Source of the DNA: the human T2T-CHM13v2.0 reference genome, Homo sapiens
Reading direction: 5' to 3' (one strand)
Assembly (NCBI RefSeq): GCF_009914755.1
Contig: NC_060926.1
DNA: 64,000 nt
The notes under the pieces were generated by a model, which saw only the letters and a program-made list of their open reading frames with translations, had not been told where the DNA came from and searched no databases. The position numbers were made by a program, and so were the translations under genes. Numbering within the stretch: position 1 is the stretch's first letter; each line of letters begins with the position of its first letter. Shown piece by piece: positions 14,685 through 31,170 of this stretch.

Positions 14685-14840
14685 TATTATCTCAGTTTTC
14701 TCACCAGAATGTGGGCTATGTGATAGCAGAAACTTAGTTCATCATATTCATTATTGTGTTTTCAACACATAGAACACAGTCTGCCACAAAGGAGATGTTC
14801 AATCATGATTGCTCAAATAAGAAATAAATGATTGATTGAA
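14685..14840 (+). mobile_element. L2 3' end fragment
   Basis: cacatagaacacagtctgccacaaaggagatgttcaat followed by an aataaatgattgattgaat-type tail. Confidence 0.55.
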
Positions 14841-15973
14841 TATCCATGTTGTTAAGAGAAATGTTTTCAAAGAAAAGCATGAACCAGTTTGTTTATTCTA
14901 TTAATAATGTTGGCCATTGGAATTAAAGCCAGCTCTGTACACTAAAGCATAGATTATCAGGGAAAATGTGTGACTTTTTACTTACCCTTCTCAATTCATG
15001 TATTTCTTTTGTGTGTTCATTCAACAAACATTAACACAGCTCTTATTTTGTGCCAAATGTAGTACTTTTGAAATGAGCACACTAAAAAGTAAAATACAGT
15101 TCCAGTTACATTTACTATGTAACTAGCAAGGAAAAAGTTAAGCAGAAAATAATAAGCACCTGGTAAAAGTTCTTTCCAAGTGGACTGCCATTATGTCTAT
15201 TACCAAAACATGTGAGAGGCAATTTTTTAACAAATACCATAAGGTTACTTCTAAAAACATAACAAGATTGAGTATATAATGAAGTTTTAGGCTAGAAATA
15301 GTTTTCATGAACAGTTGAGTATCAGATAAGATATAATTCAATTATGCTTTTTAATATTACCACCTCCCAAGAAGATACTACTCCATATGGCAAGAAGTTT
15401 GGGCAGGGAATGTGGATGAACCCCATGATACTTTACTCAGAAAAGTTTCAAAGTGGGAAGGTATTTCTTTCTCTGTCTTCCCTGTTCCTTGACTCCAAGC
15501 CCAAGTGTTTATGGCAAGCAGAAAATAAGCATATACTCTTTTCTCCCCTTTGATTACTCTTGCCTCTGCAGTCATGATCCTATTTTCTCACTTTCCACCA
15601 CCTCACTTTTTCTATGTCTAGGCTGAAACTGCAGACTTTGGAAACAGTGGGACAAGAAGTTAAGAATTGTGAATAGCAGGACAATAACAGGTAATAAAAT
15701 AAGGTTTTGCATGGTATTTTCTCTGTCTAGAGTTTCAGAGATGAGTAAAGAAAACAGAAATGGAAGAAAAAAGCTACCCCAAAAGAACAAAGGTACCTTC
15801 CATGAAAATCTACTGGATACAAGCAATTGATCTGCGTTCTGCCTGAGGCCCACAAGTACTCAAAGACTTCAGAAGGAGACTGGTTAACCATCTTAGTGAA
15901 AAAGAGCAGAGCCACAGGTGACCGATTTATTCTGTCTGTTCATAAAAATCTTAGTCCAGATCATTAAAGAGGA

Positions 15974-16070
15974 TATATATACAAATATATACATATACAT
16001 ATATACACACATATACATATATATACACATTCACATACATATATACATTCATACATACATATATATATAT
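15974..16070. repeat. (TA/CA)n compound microsatellite
   Basis: Read directly. Confidence 0.85.
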
Positions 16071-16149
16071 GCTAGGTGATATATCAACTAGAAGGCACAC
16101 TATAGAATAAGACAAGGGATACTACACTAAAAATACTTGTAAAAACTGA

Positions 16150-16910
16150 ACTAAAATATGTAGAGTAATTTTTCAGAAGAGTTCCTATATACTTCAGCAA
16201 AATGTAGTGGATAATAAAGAGAAAAAATGTCATAAGAAAGTTTAGTTGAATGAAAGAAGTGTATGAAAAGATAACAATATGAGATGAAAAGGTGAAAAGA
16301 AAGAATAATAAAATTATAAAAGAGAGAAAAAGAAAACTAAAATCATAGGATCAAAATTAAATATGGGAGGTAAAGACAGAAAACATCAAATCTGATGTTA
16401 CAGAAAACTAAAATATGGAAGACAAATTTCAATAGAGCTTCCAAAATTTAGAAGCAAAGACTTAGAGATTAACATTAATAAAACAGAAAGAAAACCAAAT
16501 ACTCAGAAAAATGTTGATACCAAAGAACTGGGAATACATGAGACAGAGGTTATTTTTCCATATCTCACTGAAAACAAATTTTGGAGATTAAGATAGTTTA
16601 ATGCAGGCACATGAAAAGGGGAAAATTATTGCTACATAAAATTGATTAAAATATTAATAATCAGAAAACATAGTGGATGTCCACAAATCAATAAAATGAA
16701 AAAATGTGTGTAAAGATACAATTCATAGAAAAGACCTTCTAAAAAGATGCTCAACTTCACTAGTAATCAAGATAGCACTAAATTTAAAAATTAGATACCA
16801 TTTCAGTTGTACTAGATTGGCACAATTTTGAAATGAAAACTTGTAGTAGTAAAGATGTCAGAAAACAAAACATTTTTAGAGTATTCACATGGATATACAT
16901 GGTGACAGTA
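16150..16910 (+). mobile_element. Highly decayed ancient L1M fragments
   Basis: A-rich tract; aaaagatgctcaacttcactagtaatcaag...agataccattt resembles the ORF2 3' region. Confidence 0.5.
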
Positions 16911-17171
16911 CACGTATATTTCATTTTAATTGTCTTATATATGGATATGTCACGATTATTTCATACATTTATCTAGTGATGGCATTTGGATTCTGCCTAT
17001 TTTTTTCTCCTTAATAATGTCATAAAATGTTGTTATGCCTAGATGGTAAGCTTGTGAATGGTTTTCCTTAAAAGAAAACTCCTTCTGACTTATGAATTGT
17101 AAAATAATCAATAAAATAAAATAGAGCATATCACTAAGTGATCAAGGAAAGTTGAGCCATATATGGGTTGG

Positions 17172-19794
<2,623 letters not shown>

Positions 19795-21042
19795 AGTTGG
19801 GTACAGCTAAGTATATAGTGATACTGGCAGTTTAATTTACTCAAACTCAAATTAGAGAAACAAACAAATACTTGATCTCAAATGTGATAAGTTCTATACA
19901 TGAGAAAAAAAGGAATTATGAAAATAATATTGGTGGCCACTATTTTATATTAGGTACTGGGATAAAATATCTTGAAGACATGGCATTTAAGTTGAGGCTA
20001 AGACAGGAAAAAGACATCATGTAAAGATGTTAAGGAGAGAATCACACGTATGAAGAACAGTTTAAGTGAAGGTCCCAGGGCAGGAAGAGCTTGCCTCTTT
20101 TGAGAAACTGAAAGCAGTCAGTGTGGATGGGAGTTTAGTCAACAGAGAGCAGTGGCAGTTGGAGTTAAGTGTGAAGAGTTACAAAGGACCCCATGGTGGC
20201 TGTTAGAACATGGTTTACAAAATAGTATTTCAAACAAGCCCTTATCTGATTTCAATATGTGTTTTGTTTCCTCTCCATTAATTTCACACCCTCTGGCCGT
20301 TTTCATATCTCTCAGATGGCTTCTGCCTTTATCATGGTGTTGTGGTAGGTCTCAGTTCCTCCCTGGGCCTGTCATTTTATATGAATTGGTAACTGAATGC
20401 TGATTATGCCTAAAGGAGTGCTGCTATATAAGCAATGCTGTTTTCATTGATTTGTTGTGATTTATAATTTGAAAAGTTGAGGGAGAATGTTGAAGAGAAA
20501 TTGAGTGGATGAGACAGAAGTGCTAAAGGGCAAAGAATATCAGTATCTGAATTTCCAAACAAACGATACAAGTTGTTATGTTGTTTATTTCAACAGAATA
20601 TCAGCCATACTATTAGGTGCTTCTGAGTTACGTACGAGAATAGGTAACCTGTTTTACAGTATTTAAAGTGAAATGGCAGGTTTTGGGGATGGAGGCATCA
20701 GCACTAGAATACAGAATTCACAACACTGAAACATCCTATCAGCATAGCATTCAAAAGGGAAATTCTCAGCAATAACTTAACACATCTATAATGAAACACA
20801 AAAGTCAGTTAAGAAATATTCAAACCTGATGCATAAAATCTTATGATTTAATCACAAATATGCCATTCTAAAACTACATTAATAATAATTTATACTTAAT
20901 GTAAGATATTCTAATATATCTCCTAAAAGATAGTATATGAAGCATGCAGCTTATACATACCCAAAATAAGAATTTACAGTATACATTCTTCTATCCTCAG
21001 GTATTGCAAAAAAGTGATATATTTTTAGTTTTATTGCTTAAC

Positions 21043-22619
21043 TGTCATGGGTTCCTTGGGGTGTCACTTTGCCAGTCAGAAACCTCTGTGGCTGGCGGCA
21101 ACTCTGCTTGTGTTTTGCTTGCGCCTGCTGGGCTCATTCCACCCATTTGAGCCAGCAGGCTGCAACTGGCTCATACTACTGGCCTGGATCCCATACCTGC
21201 CAAGGATAAGCCAGGAGCAGAGTGGTGAGGGGTGTGTGAGCAAGTGAGCACAGGGTACAGCAACTGTGCACAGCCCAGCATGCTGGCTGCAATAGGGCAG
21301 TCATCTCCAGGTTCCAGCACAGGCAGTGGTTGCACGTGAGGCTGTGGCTAGACCAGGTGTACCACAAGCTGTACTGCTTCAGGCACTAGGGAATACAGTG
21401 GTGCCCAGAAGCTTAGAGACACTGGGAACCATAGACCCCAAAAGAGGGTGGCACAGCCCTGGCTTGGGGAGCCCTTAACTTTGGGCTCCCCAAAGTGACA
21501 CAGCTCTTCTCTCCTACTTATTGCCCACCACTTAGTGAGTGAAGGAGCATGTTTCAGCCCTGTTTGTGTTACAGCTCTTTCAGTCTTGCCATTTGGTGTG
21601 TCCTAAGTTCTTGTCCCATTTCCAGGAAGAATGACGTATGCAGACAACTGGAGGGTGAACAAGGTGGAGAGGAGATTTATTGAGCGACAGAACAGCTCTC
21701 AGGAGCCCTGAAGTGGGCAGCTTCTTTCTGCAGGCAGGTTGTTCCAATGAGTGTCCAGCTTTCAGAGGAGAGGAGACCCATAGTGGGTAGCTTCTTTCTG
21801 TAGGCAGGTCATCTGGACAAGTGTCCAACTCTTAATGGAGAGGAGACCCATAGTGGCTATCTCCTTTCCATAGCCAAGTAGTCCTGATGAGTGTGTGAGA
21901 CTGATTGAGTCTGGGCTTTTCGTCTGCTCTGAATGGAGAAGTGCATGCTGATTGGTCAATGGGCAGCCACAGGGCAGGCCTGGAAAAAGCACCATCCAAT
22001 TGGTCAAATGGTTATCAATGAATTTCTCACTCTCAATGGTGGACTTTGCCCAGAACTGGCAGCCCAGCTTTCAGGCTTCAGGCTATCCTTGGCTTGAAAG
22101 TGAGGTTTCACCAGGGACTCGCCCCACACCAAGAAGCTCCCATAGGTCAGTGCTGAGCTGCCTTTACCCCATCCCCCTTCCTATGCTCCTTGGCACCAAA
22201 GTCCGAGGGGGCTGAGGCAACAGGAGGCTGGTGAGTCAGTGCTGCCCTGAGTGCACACACACCTGGCTGGGTTGTGACAGTGCCTGGGCTTGGCCACAAC
22301 TTTGCTCTGCCCTGGAGTGGGCACCTGGAGTGGGGAAAGGCCAGGGAGCAGGACCAGGCACTTTAAGCCTGCAGGGGCAGGGAGCTTCCTGAACCCCTGA
22401 GAGTGCAAGGATGCTGGGGTCTGGAGCTAAGGTCGGGTGGCTGCAGCTGCACCCAGGAGAGTGGGCTCCTGACTCACAAACTCAGTAGTGGGCAGGGCTG
22501 TTGCCTGTTTCCAGCTACTGCCAGCTCCACAAACGGCACAACCCTGGCCATGCCCCCACCCCCCCAATGCAGCCAGCAACCTCGCAGCTGCCACTTAAGA
22601 TAGGCTGTTGCTGCCATCA
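21043..22619 (-). mobile_element. MER52-type ERV1 solo LTR
   Basis: GC-rich 1.6 kb; the minus strand starts TGATGGCAGC; internal gagaggagacccatagtgg repeats; flanks taac/taag. Confidence 0.88.
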
Positions 22620-22943
22620 TAAGGATAATTCTGTACGGATGATTTATTTTTATAATTTTGCATAACTAACTTTAAAAATAATTGTTGGGAGTTGAGACAA
22701 CAGAAAAATAATACCACTATTCTAAAAATTTTAGAAAATATCTAAGACTGGTGATAGATTTTCACACCATAAAAACAGGAAAGAAGAATGAATTTTCATT
22801 GTATTCTGAAGTTAAGCTCCATGAACAACATGCAGTGTATAGAAGAGTCATTTAATGATCAGGCAAAGTAGCATCAATATTTTGCAGAGTTGTTTCACAA
22901 TTATGAACCAAACTAAAAATTATTGATCTTATTTCAAGATCTC

Positions 22944-22975
22944 TTTCTTTCTCTCTCTCTGTCTCTCTCTCTCTC
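22944..22975. repeat. (CT)n microsatellite
   Basis: Read directly. Confidence 0.8.
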
Positions 22976-22979
22976 AACT

Positions 22980-24180
22980 CAGTCTTGCTAATATATTCGC
23001 TTATTTTTTTCAAAGAATTGGCATGTGACTTTGTTGATTTTCTTTATTGTAAGATTTTTAAAATAATTGTTTTTATTTTTATATTTTTATCTCTTCTATT
23101 TACTTAGACTTTGATTTGACTCTTTTTAATTACTTCTTCAGCCATAATTTATTTATTTTAAGCCATTATACTTTTTAAACAGTGGCATTTAAAACTATAA
23201 ATTTTTCTTAAGTTCAGCTTTACATGCATCTGATAAATTTTGACATGTTACTTTATTATTACCATTCACATTAAAACATGATTTTTAAATTATTTTCTTG
23301 TGACTTCTGTGGCCTGTGGGAAAATTTTAAGATATTACAATGTTCTTGATTTCAAATGTAATGCTTTTTTGATCCCTGTATGATTTCATTCTTTTTAGAT
23401 ATATAAAGATTTATTTTGTGGGTTTTTTTAAAATAGTGTATCATTTCTCTTAGTGAATGTCTCACATGCACTTGAAAGGATGATATGTTCTGTGTGTGTA
23501 GTAGTCTTTAAATATACCTTAGTTGCTAGAATTGTTTGCATATTTTATATTTGTATTGATTTCTTGTCTATTTGTTCCGTCAATTTCTGAGGAAAACATA
23601 TGAAAACCCCCAAACCCCCAAATATGATTGTAGATTTGACTATTTCCCCTTTTGTTTTGCCCAATGTTTACTCATATATCGTAAAGTTCTATTATTGTTT
23701 CTGTACAGATTTAAGATTCTTGATTTTATTCCAAAGTCTGTCTTTGGAATAAAGGCAGAGACAGGCCTTCTGATGGCAAGAAACTTGGGAATTTATGTGT
23801 TATTGACAAATTTACCCTTATATCATTATAAAATGTCCCTTTTATATCTAGAAATGTTCTTTGTCTTAAAATCCACTTTGGTATTAATTTAGTAAAATCA
23901 ACATTCTCTAATTACTGTTTACCTAACACACATTTCTCACCATTTTCTTTTAATCAGTTTGTGTCTTTATATGTGAGGGATATTATTTTAAAGAGCATAT
24001 AGTTGAGCTCTAATTTTTAAAATTCAGCTGAAGATCTCTGTCTTTTATTTGAATATTTTATTAAATTACATTTTATGTAATATTGATATCTTTGGTTTAA
24101 GACTAACATGTTGGTTGGTTGTTTTCTCATTGTCCTATCTGTTCTTGTTCCTCTAATCCTCCTTCTCTTACTTTTGTCTT
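22980..24180 (-). mobile_element. Ancient L1M fragment (ORF2 endonuclease/linker region)
   Basis: T-rich; aaaactataaatttttcttaagttcagctttacatgcatc and cacttgaaaggatgatatgttctg match the ORF2 antisense pattern. Confidence 0.7.
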
Positions 24181-24264
24181 TCACCGTAAGAAACCAGAAA
24201 AATAGGAGTAATTAAACACAAAAAGTAAAAGGAAGAAGATAAAAATAGCAGACGTCATGATACA

Positions 24265-24563
24265 ATTTTTTTTTTTTTTGAAACAGTTTCACTCTTGTCG
24301 CCCAGGCCGGAGTGCAATGGCGTGATCTTGGCTCACTGGAACCTTCACCTCGTGGGTTCAAGTGATTCTCCTGTCTCAGCCTCCTGAGTAGCTGGGATTA
24401 CAGGTGCCCACCACCACCACACCCAGCTAATTTTTGTGTTTTTAGTAGAGACGGGGTTTCACTATGTTGGCCAGGCTGGTCTGGAACTCTTGACCTTAGG
24501 TGAGCCACCCGCCTTGGTCTCTCAAAGTATTGGGATTACAGGCATAAGCTACCACACCCAGCC
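24265..24563 (-). mobile_element. AluS (Sq/Sp/Sx-like)
   Basis: Poly-T followed by gtttcactcttgtcgcccaggccggagtgcaatgg...cacacccagcc. Confidence 0.95.
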
Positions 24564-25290
24564 GAAACATTTTTTTTTTTAAACCCAGTTCAGAAAAATC
24601 AATAAAACCAAAAACTGACACTTTGAAAAGTATCAGTAAAATTGATAAAACCCTTATCAGACTAATGACAAAATAATTAAATAGAAAACACATTATCATT
24701 ATCAAAATTGAACGAGAAAAATCATTGCAGATACCAAAATATTAAAAAGATAACAGAGGAACGTTATAAATAACTTTATTTCAATGAATTTGTAACTTAG
24801 AAAACATGCAGAAATTTATTGAAAGGTGAAAATCACCAAAACTGGTAACAGAAGAAATAACAAACATGATTTACTTTATCAATTATGTATTGAATTAATA
24901 ACAATGACAACAAAAAACTCATAAAAAACTCCAAATTCACTCATGAATTCTATCAATCATTTAAGGAACTAATAATACCAATCCTACACCAACTATTTTA
25001 GAACATGGAGGAGAAAACACTTCATAACAAATTTAATGAGGTTAGTATTATCTGATATTAAAACCAGACAACTTACTTTAGTAGAAAAGGAAAACAACAA
25101 CATTAGTAGAAAAGGAAATAGACCAAGGATACCTGTCATGTATAGAGATGCAGAAATCACTAACAAAATATTAGCCAATCAAATCCAACAATACATAGAA
25201 AAGAAAACACTTCATGACCGAGTTCCTTTTATCTCAGGAATTCAAGGTCAATTTAACACTTAACTATCAGTCAATAACTGTTGTCATATT

Positions 25291-28200
25291 GGTAGATAAC
25301 AAGATGGACAACTAGACACAAGCAAGAAGTGTCACTCCCTCTGAGAGAGACCAAATTATCAAATAAACCACCATCATTTGGGCAGGTCTTCAGAGAGAAA
25401 ATGCTGAGAGTAGATGGAGAAGCAATGCTGAAGCTGAGGCTGAAGAGAAAGGTAGCTGGGAACTATACATGGGATATCCAGATGCTACAGCTAGTTCCCT
25501 GCCCCAAATGGCTCCTGGGAAAGGGGTGAGTGCAGGAACTGAGAGTCAGCTCACTCTCACCACAGACCTCTGGGATCCTACAATAGCTACAGGGGACCCT
25601 GTGTCCCCTATGGACATGTCAGCTGGCAGCGGGATCTCCCCAGGGAGCAGAAAGAGACAGGCCTTCGGACAGCAGGGAACCTGGGCACTTTTGTATGCTG
25701 TGCATCTCTGGCTGAGAGCAGCCATACAACCCCATTTCCCCAGTGCTCTTCATCTGCTGCAGGAGGCTCTGGCTCCAGCTGACCTCAAAGCCAGGAGAGA
25801 GGCTTGCCCATGGGACTGGGGCACAGCTGTTCTACAAAACCTCCTGCTTTCCACCCCCTACCAGGAGCTATGCCTAGCTGCCCTGCAAAAGTAGGTGCAC
25901 AGCGCAGCCTTTGCATCCCAGCCTGAGTGTGTTGCTCCACTGGAGTACTTCCCTGGAGCAGATTGGATCCCCTAGTACAGTTGGAGCCCAATGTCAAGCT
26001 GCAAGACATCCTGGCACCTCCTCCCCATGGCTGTGGCACACATCTCAGTAGTAACAGCCAAGACCCATGTCCAGTACTTGAGCAGAGGAGAATCCTCCAC
26101 TCTCAGAGCACTGACAGGGGTTAGACATTTGGGTTTCTGAGCCAGTGCACAAGTGGGGCATGCCTCCCTCCACAGAGCCAGTCCTGAAAGACTATGGTTT
26201 ATATCCCTGCCACAGCCTCTGCCCAAGGGGAACCCTATGGCCTGAAACACTTAACAAAAATATGTGAGTGTAGTACCAGTAATTGTAGGTGGCTCCCCCA
26301 AGGCCCAGGAGCAGACTTGGTGAGGGGACCATCTCTCTGCCTGCCTCACCACATAGCATGACTATGAATGTGAAGTACAAACAAGCCGTGGCTGAGTATT
26401 AACCTAGCTACCAGCCATTATTCTTAAGCATCACTTACTGGATTGCAACCCAAACGTCATCACCAGAAATTATTCTGCTATTATCTATACCTGTGAAACC
26501 AAGTGCAATAATTCATCCACACATAAAGATTCTGTACAGAGAACTGGCACTCTGAAGGCACCCAGAAACAAAGCCAACTGACTGTACTCAACTTATACCA
26601 CAGTTAAAGGAGCACCAACTCTCCCAGATGAGAAAGAATCAGCACAAGAACTCTCACAATTCAAAAAGCCAAAGTACCCTCTTACCTCCAATCTACTAGC
26701 TACCTAGCAATGATTCTTCACCAGTATAAAATGAATGAAATGATAAAGAATTCAGAATGTAGATGCCAAGGAAGCTTTCTCTCATTCGGAAGAAAGTTGA
26801 AACACAATATGTGGAATCCAAGGAATCCAGTAAAACAATCCAAAGGCTGAAAAGCAAAATAATCACTTTAAGAAAGAATCAAACTAAACTTCTAGAGCTG
26901 AAAAACTCACTATAAGAATTTCATAATTCAATTGGAAGTATTATAGTAGAATAGACCAAGATGAAGAAAGAATCTCAGAGCTTGAAGACTGGTTCTTTCA
27001 GTCAACTCAGTCAGACAAAAATAAAGAAAAACTAATTTCTTAAAATGAACAAAACCTCTAAGAAATGTGATATTAGGTAAAGAGATGACATCTACAGCTC
27101 ATTGGCATTCCTGAGAGAGAAGGAGAGAAAATAAGCAACTTGGAAAATATAGTCCATGAAAATATCCTAATCTCACTAGAGAGGTTAACATGCAAGTAAA
27201 AGAAATACAGATAAGCCAAACTAGATACTATACAAGGTGACCATCACCAAGGCACGTAGTCATCAGATTTACCAAGGTCAATGCAAAAGGGAAAATCTTA
27301 AAGGCAGCTTGAGAGAAGGGTCAAATCACGTGCAGAGAGAACACCATCAGGCTAGCAGCAGACCTCTCAGCAGAAACCTTTCAAGTCAGAAAAGATTGGG
27401 GCCTATTTTCAGCATTCTTAAAGAAAAGAAGTTTCAACCAAGAATTTCATATCCCACCAAATTAAGCTTCATAAGTGAAGGAGAAATAAAATCCTTCTCA
27501 GACAAGTAAATGCTGAGGTAATTTATTTCAACTAGACCAGCCTTACAAGAGGTCTGTAAGGGAGTGCTAAGCACAGAATTGAAAGAATGACACCTGCTAA
27601 CATAAAAATACACTTAAGCACATAGCGCATATGCACCATAATGCAACTACACAATAAAGTATACATAACGACCAGTAACAACATGATGACAAGATTAAAA
27701 TCTCACACATCAATTCTAACCCTGATGGTAAATGAGCTAAATGTCCCACTTCACTTAAAAGACGTAAAGTGGCAAGCTGGATAAAAAGACAAGACCCAAC
27801 CATCTACTGTTGTGAAAAGACCCATCTCATATGTAATGACACCCAAAGTAAAGGGATGAAGAAAAGATCTACCATGCAGACAGAAAACAAAAAGAGGAGG
27901 AGTCACTATTCTTATATCAGATAAAACAGACCTAAACCAATAAAAAACTAAGAAGGACAATGAAATACATTACATAATGATAAAGGGTATAGTCCAGCAA
28001 GAAGTCTTAACTATCCTAAACATACATGCACCTAACACTGGAGGACCCAGTTTCATAAAACAAGTTCTTCTTGGTCTATAAAAAGACTTAGACCACCAGA
28101 CAATAATAGAGGGATATTTCTAAATCCCACTCACATCATGAGACAGATCATCAAGGCAGAAAACTAACAAAAAATACTCTGGCCGTAAACTCAACACTTG

Positions 28201-30683
28201 ACTAAGTGGGCCTTATAGACCTCTACAGAGCACTTCACCCAGCAGCCACAGAATATACATTCTTCTCTTCTGCACATGGAACATATTCTCAGATCAAACA
28301 CATGCATGACCATACAGCAAGTCTCAATAAATTAAAAAAAAATGAAACAATACCAAGCACAGTCTTGGACCAAAATGCAATAAAAATAGAAATTAGTATC
28401 AAGAAGATCCCTCAAAAACTACATAAACACATGGAAATTAAACAACTTGCTCCTAAATAATTCATGGGTGAACATCAAGATTAAGGCAGGTATCAAGAAA
28501 TTCTTTGAAATCAATGAAAATAGTGACGCAACTAAACAAAATCTCTGGGATACAGTTGAAGCAGTGTTGAGAGAAATGTTTATAGCCCTAAACACCTTCA
28601 TCAGGAAGTAAGAAACATCTCAAATTAACACTCTAACTTTGCACCTAAAGAAACTAGAAGAAAAAAAAAACCAGAGCTAGTGAAAGAAAAGAAATAACTA
28701 AAATTAGAGAAGAACTGAATAAAATTGGGATGAAAAGCCCATACAAAAGATCAGTGAAACCAGGAGTGGGTTCTTCAAAAATAAATAAATAAACAAACAA
28801 ACAAACAGGATTATTACCTGACTGCCAGCTAGACTAAAAAAGAAAAAAAATGAAGATTAAAATAAGTACAATCAGAAATTACAAAGATGACATTATAACA
28901 GGTCCCACAGAAATCAAAAGATCAGCAAAGAATACTGTTAACAACTCTGCAAACAAACTAGAACATCTAGAGGAAATGGATAAATTTCTGGAAAGACACA
29001 ATCTCCCAAGATTAAATCAGAAAGAGATTGATACCCTGAATAGAACAATATTGAGCTCTGATATTGATTAAGTAATACAAAACTTACCAACTAAATAAAC
29101 GCACTGGACCAGATGGATTCCAACTAAATTCTACAAGACATATAAAGAAGAACTTCTATCAATCCTACTAAAACTATTCCAAAAAATTGATGATGAGGCA
29201 TTCCTCCCTAATTCATTCTTTGAAGCCAACATCAGCCTTCTACAAAAATCTGGCAGAAACAAAGTGAAAAATAGAAAACTTCAGCCTGATATCCCCAATG
29301 AACATAGACTCAAAAGTCCACAACAAAATACCACTAGCAAATTGAATTCAGCAGCACATCAAAAAGATAATTCACTATGATCAAGTAAGCTTTATTCCTA
29401 GGATGTATGTCTGGTTCAACTTATGCAAATCAATAAATGTGATTAATTACATAAATTTAAAAGCACACACCATATAACCATCTGAATAGATGCACAGAAA
29501 ACTTTTGATAAAATTCAACATCTCATGATAAAAACCCTCAACAGACTAGACATTGAAGGAATATACCCCAAAATAATCAGACATCTATGACAAACCCCAC
29601 AGCTAACAGCATACTGAAGAGGCAAAAGCTGAAACCACTCTCCTTGAGCACTGGAATAAAACAAGAATGGCTACTCTCACTGCTGCTATTCAACATAGTG
29701 CTGGAGGTCTTAGCCAAAGCAATCAGAAAAGATGAAGAAATAAAAGTCATCCAAATAGGAAAAGATGTCAAATTATCTTGCTTCACTGACAATATGATTC
29801 TATGCTTAGAAAACACTAAAGACTCCACCAAAAGACTGCTAGAACTATTAAATGATATCAGCAAGTTTTTAGGAAACAAAATCAATGTGCAAAAATCAAT
29901 ATCACTTCTATACACCAGTAAGATCTAGGCTGATCTTCAAATCAAGAACACAATACCAATTGCAATAGCCACAAGGAAAGTTAAATACGTAGGCATATGT
30001 CTAATCAAGGAGGTGAAAGATCTCTATGAGGAGAACTACTACAAAACACTTCTGAAAGAAATCAGAAATGAAACACAAAAAATGGGAAAACATGCCATAG
30101 TCATGGATTGGGAGAATCCCTATTGTCAAAATGGCCACACTGCTCAAAGAAATTCACAGATTCAATGCTATTCCTATCAAACTACCAATGTCATTCTTTA
30201 CAGAATTAAAAAAAAAAAACTATTCTAAAATTCACTTCTAACCAAAGAGACCTCAAATAGCCAAAGCAATCCTAAGTAAAAAGAATGAAGCTGGAGGCAT
30301 CACACTACCTGACTTTAAACTACACTATAAGGTTACAGTAACCAAAACAGCATGGTGCTGGGGGAAAAAAAAAAAAGACATATAGACCAATGGAAAAAAT
30401 AGAAAACTCAGAAATAAAGCCACGCATCTACTACCATCAGATCTTTGACAAGGTCAATTAAACCAAGCAATGGAGAAAGAATACCCTATGCAACAAATGG
30501 TCCTGGGATAACTGGCTAACCATATGCAGAGGAATGAAACACCCTTACCTTTCACTGTAAATAAAAACAAACCTGAGATGGTTTATTGTATACTATTCTT
30601 ATTACCTGGGTATAATATACCCATGTAACAAAACTGCACATTTATCCGTGGTATTGAACATAAAAGTTGAAGTCTTAAAAAAA
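25291..30683 (+). mobile_element. Near-full-length L1PA15/16-like LINE-1 with decayed ORF1/ORF2 and a 3' internal deletion
   Basis: GC-rich 5'UTR from caagatgg; ORF1 remnant from ~26628 (QPRISYPTKLSFISEGEIKSF); ORF2 remnants 27684-30580; 3' end atacccatgtaacaaaactgcac...aaaagttgaa plus A tail. Confidence 0.88.
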
Positions 30684-31124
30684 GTCACCCTATCAATAAA
30701 TAATGAAAGCAAACCACATTTCAATGGATGCATTAAAGTTGTTCATAAAAATTCAACATTCTTACATGATAAAATATTTTTAAGCAGTAGAAAAAGAAGA
30801 AAACATCCTCAATTTGATTAAGGGCATCTGTGAAATGCCTACAGATGATATCACGCTCAATGGTTAAAGGCCCATTGTTTCTAGCTAAGATCAGAAACAT
30901 GCAAAGATGTCTACGTTCATTACTTCTATTTAACATTTTACTCAGCATATTAACCAGTGCAACAAAGCAAGGAAAACTAAAATTAATATAGATTGTAAAA
31001 ATGATTAAAACTCTCCTGTGTAGACATTATTATATTTGTAAAAATCTTGAGGACTCTACAAAAAAAAGTAAATGAATAAGTGAATTTAGCAAGGTTATAG
31101 GACACTAGGTTGCTGTAAAAAGTA

Positions 31125-31170
31125 TTAGATTGGTGCAAAAATAATTGCGGTTTTTGCCATTAAGGGTAAT
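31125..31170 (+). mobile_element. Truncated MADE1 (Hsmar1 mariner MITE), single TIR
   Basis: ta-ttagattggtgcaaaaataattgcggtttttgccatta matches the Hsmar1/MADE1 terminus. Confidence 0.85.

Noticed and set aside
21047-22603. GC-rich region with many ORFs, suggesting a CpG-island gene
   Set aside because: It coincides exactly with the MER52 LTR and is CpG-depleted
25329-26380. GC-rich ORF cluster
   Set aside because: This is the 5'UTR of the old L1PA15/16-like element
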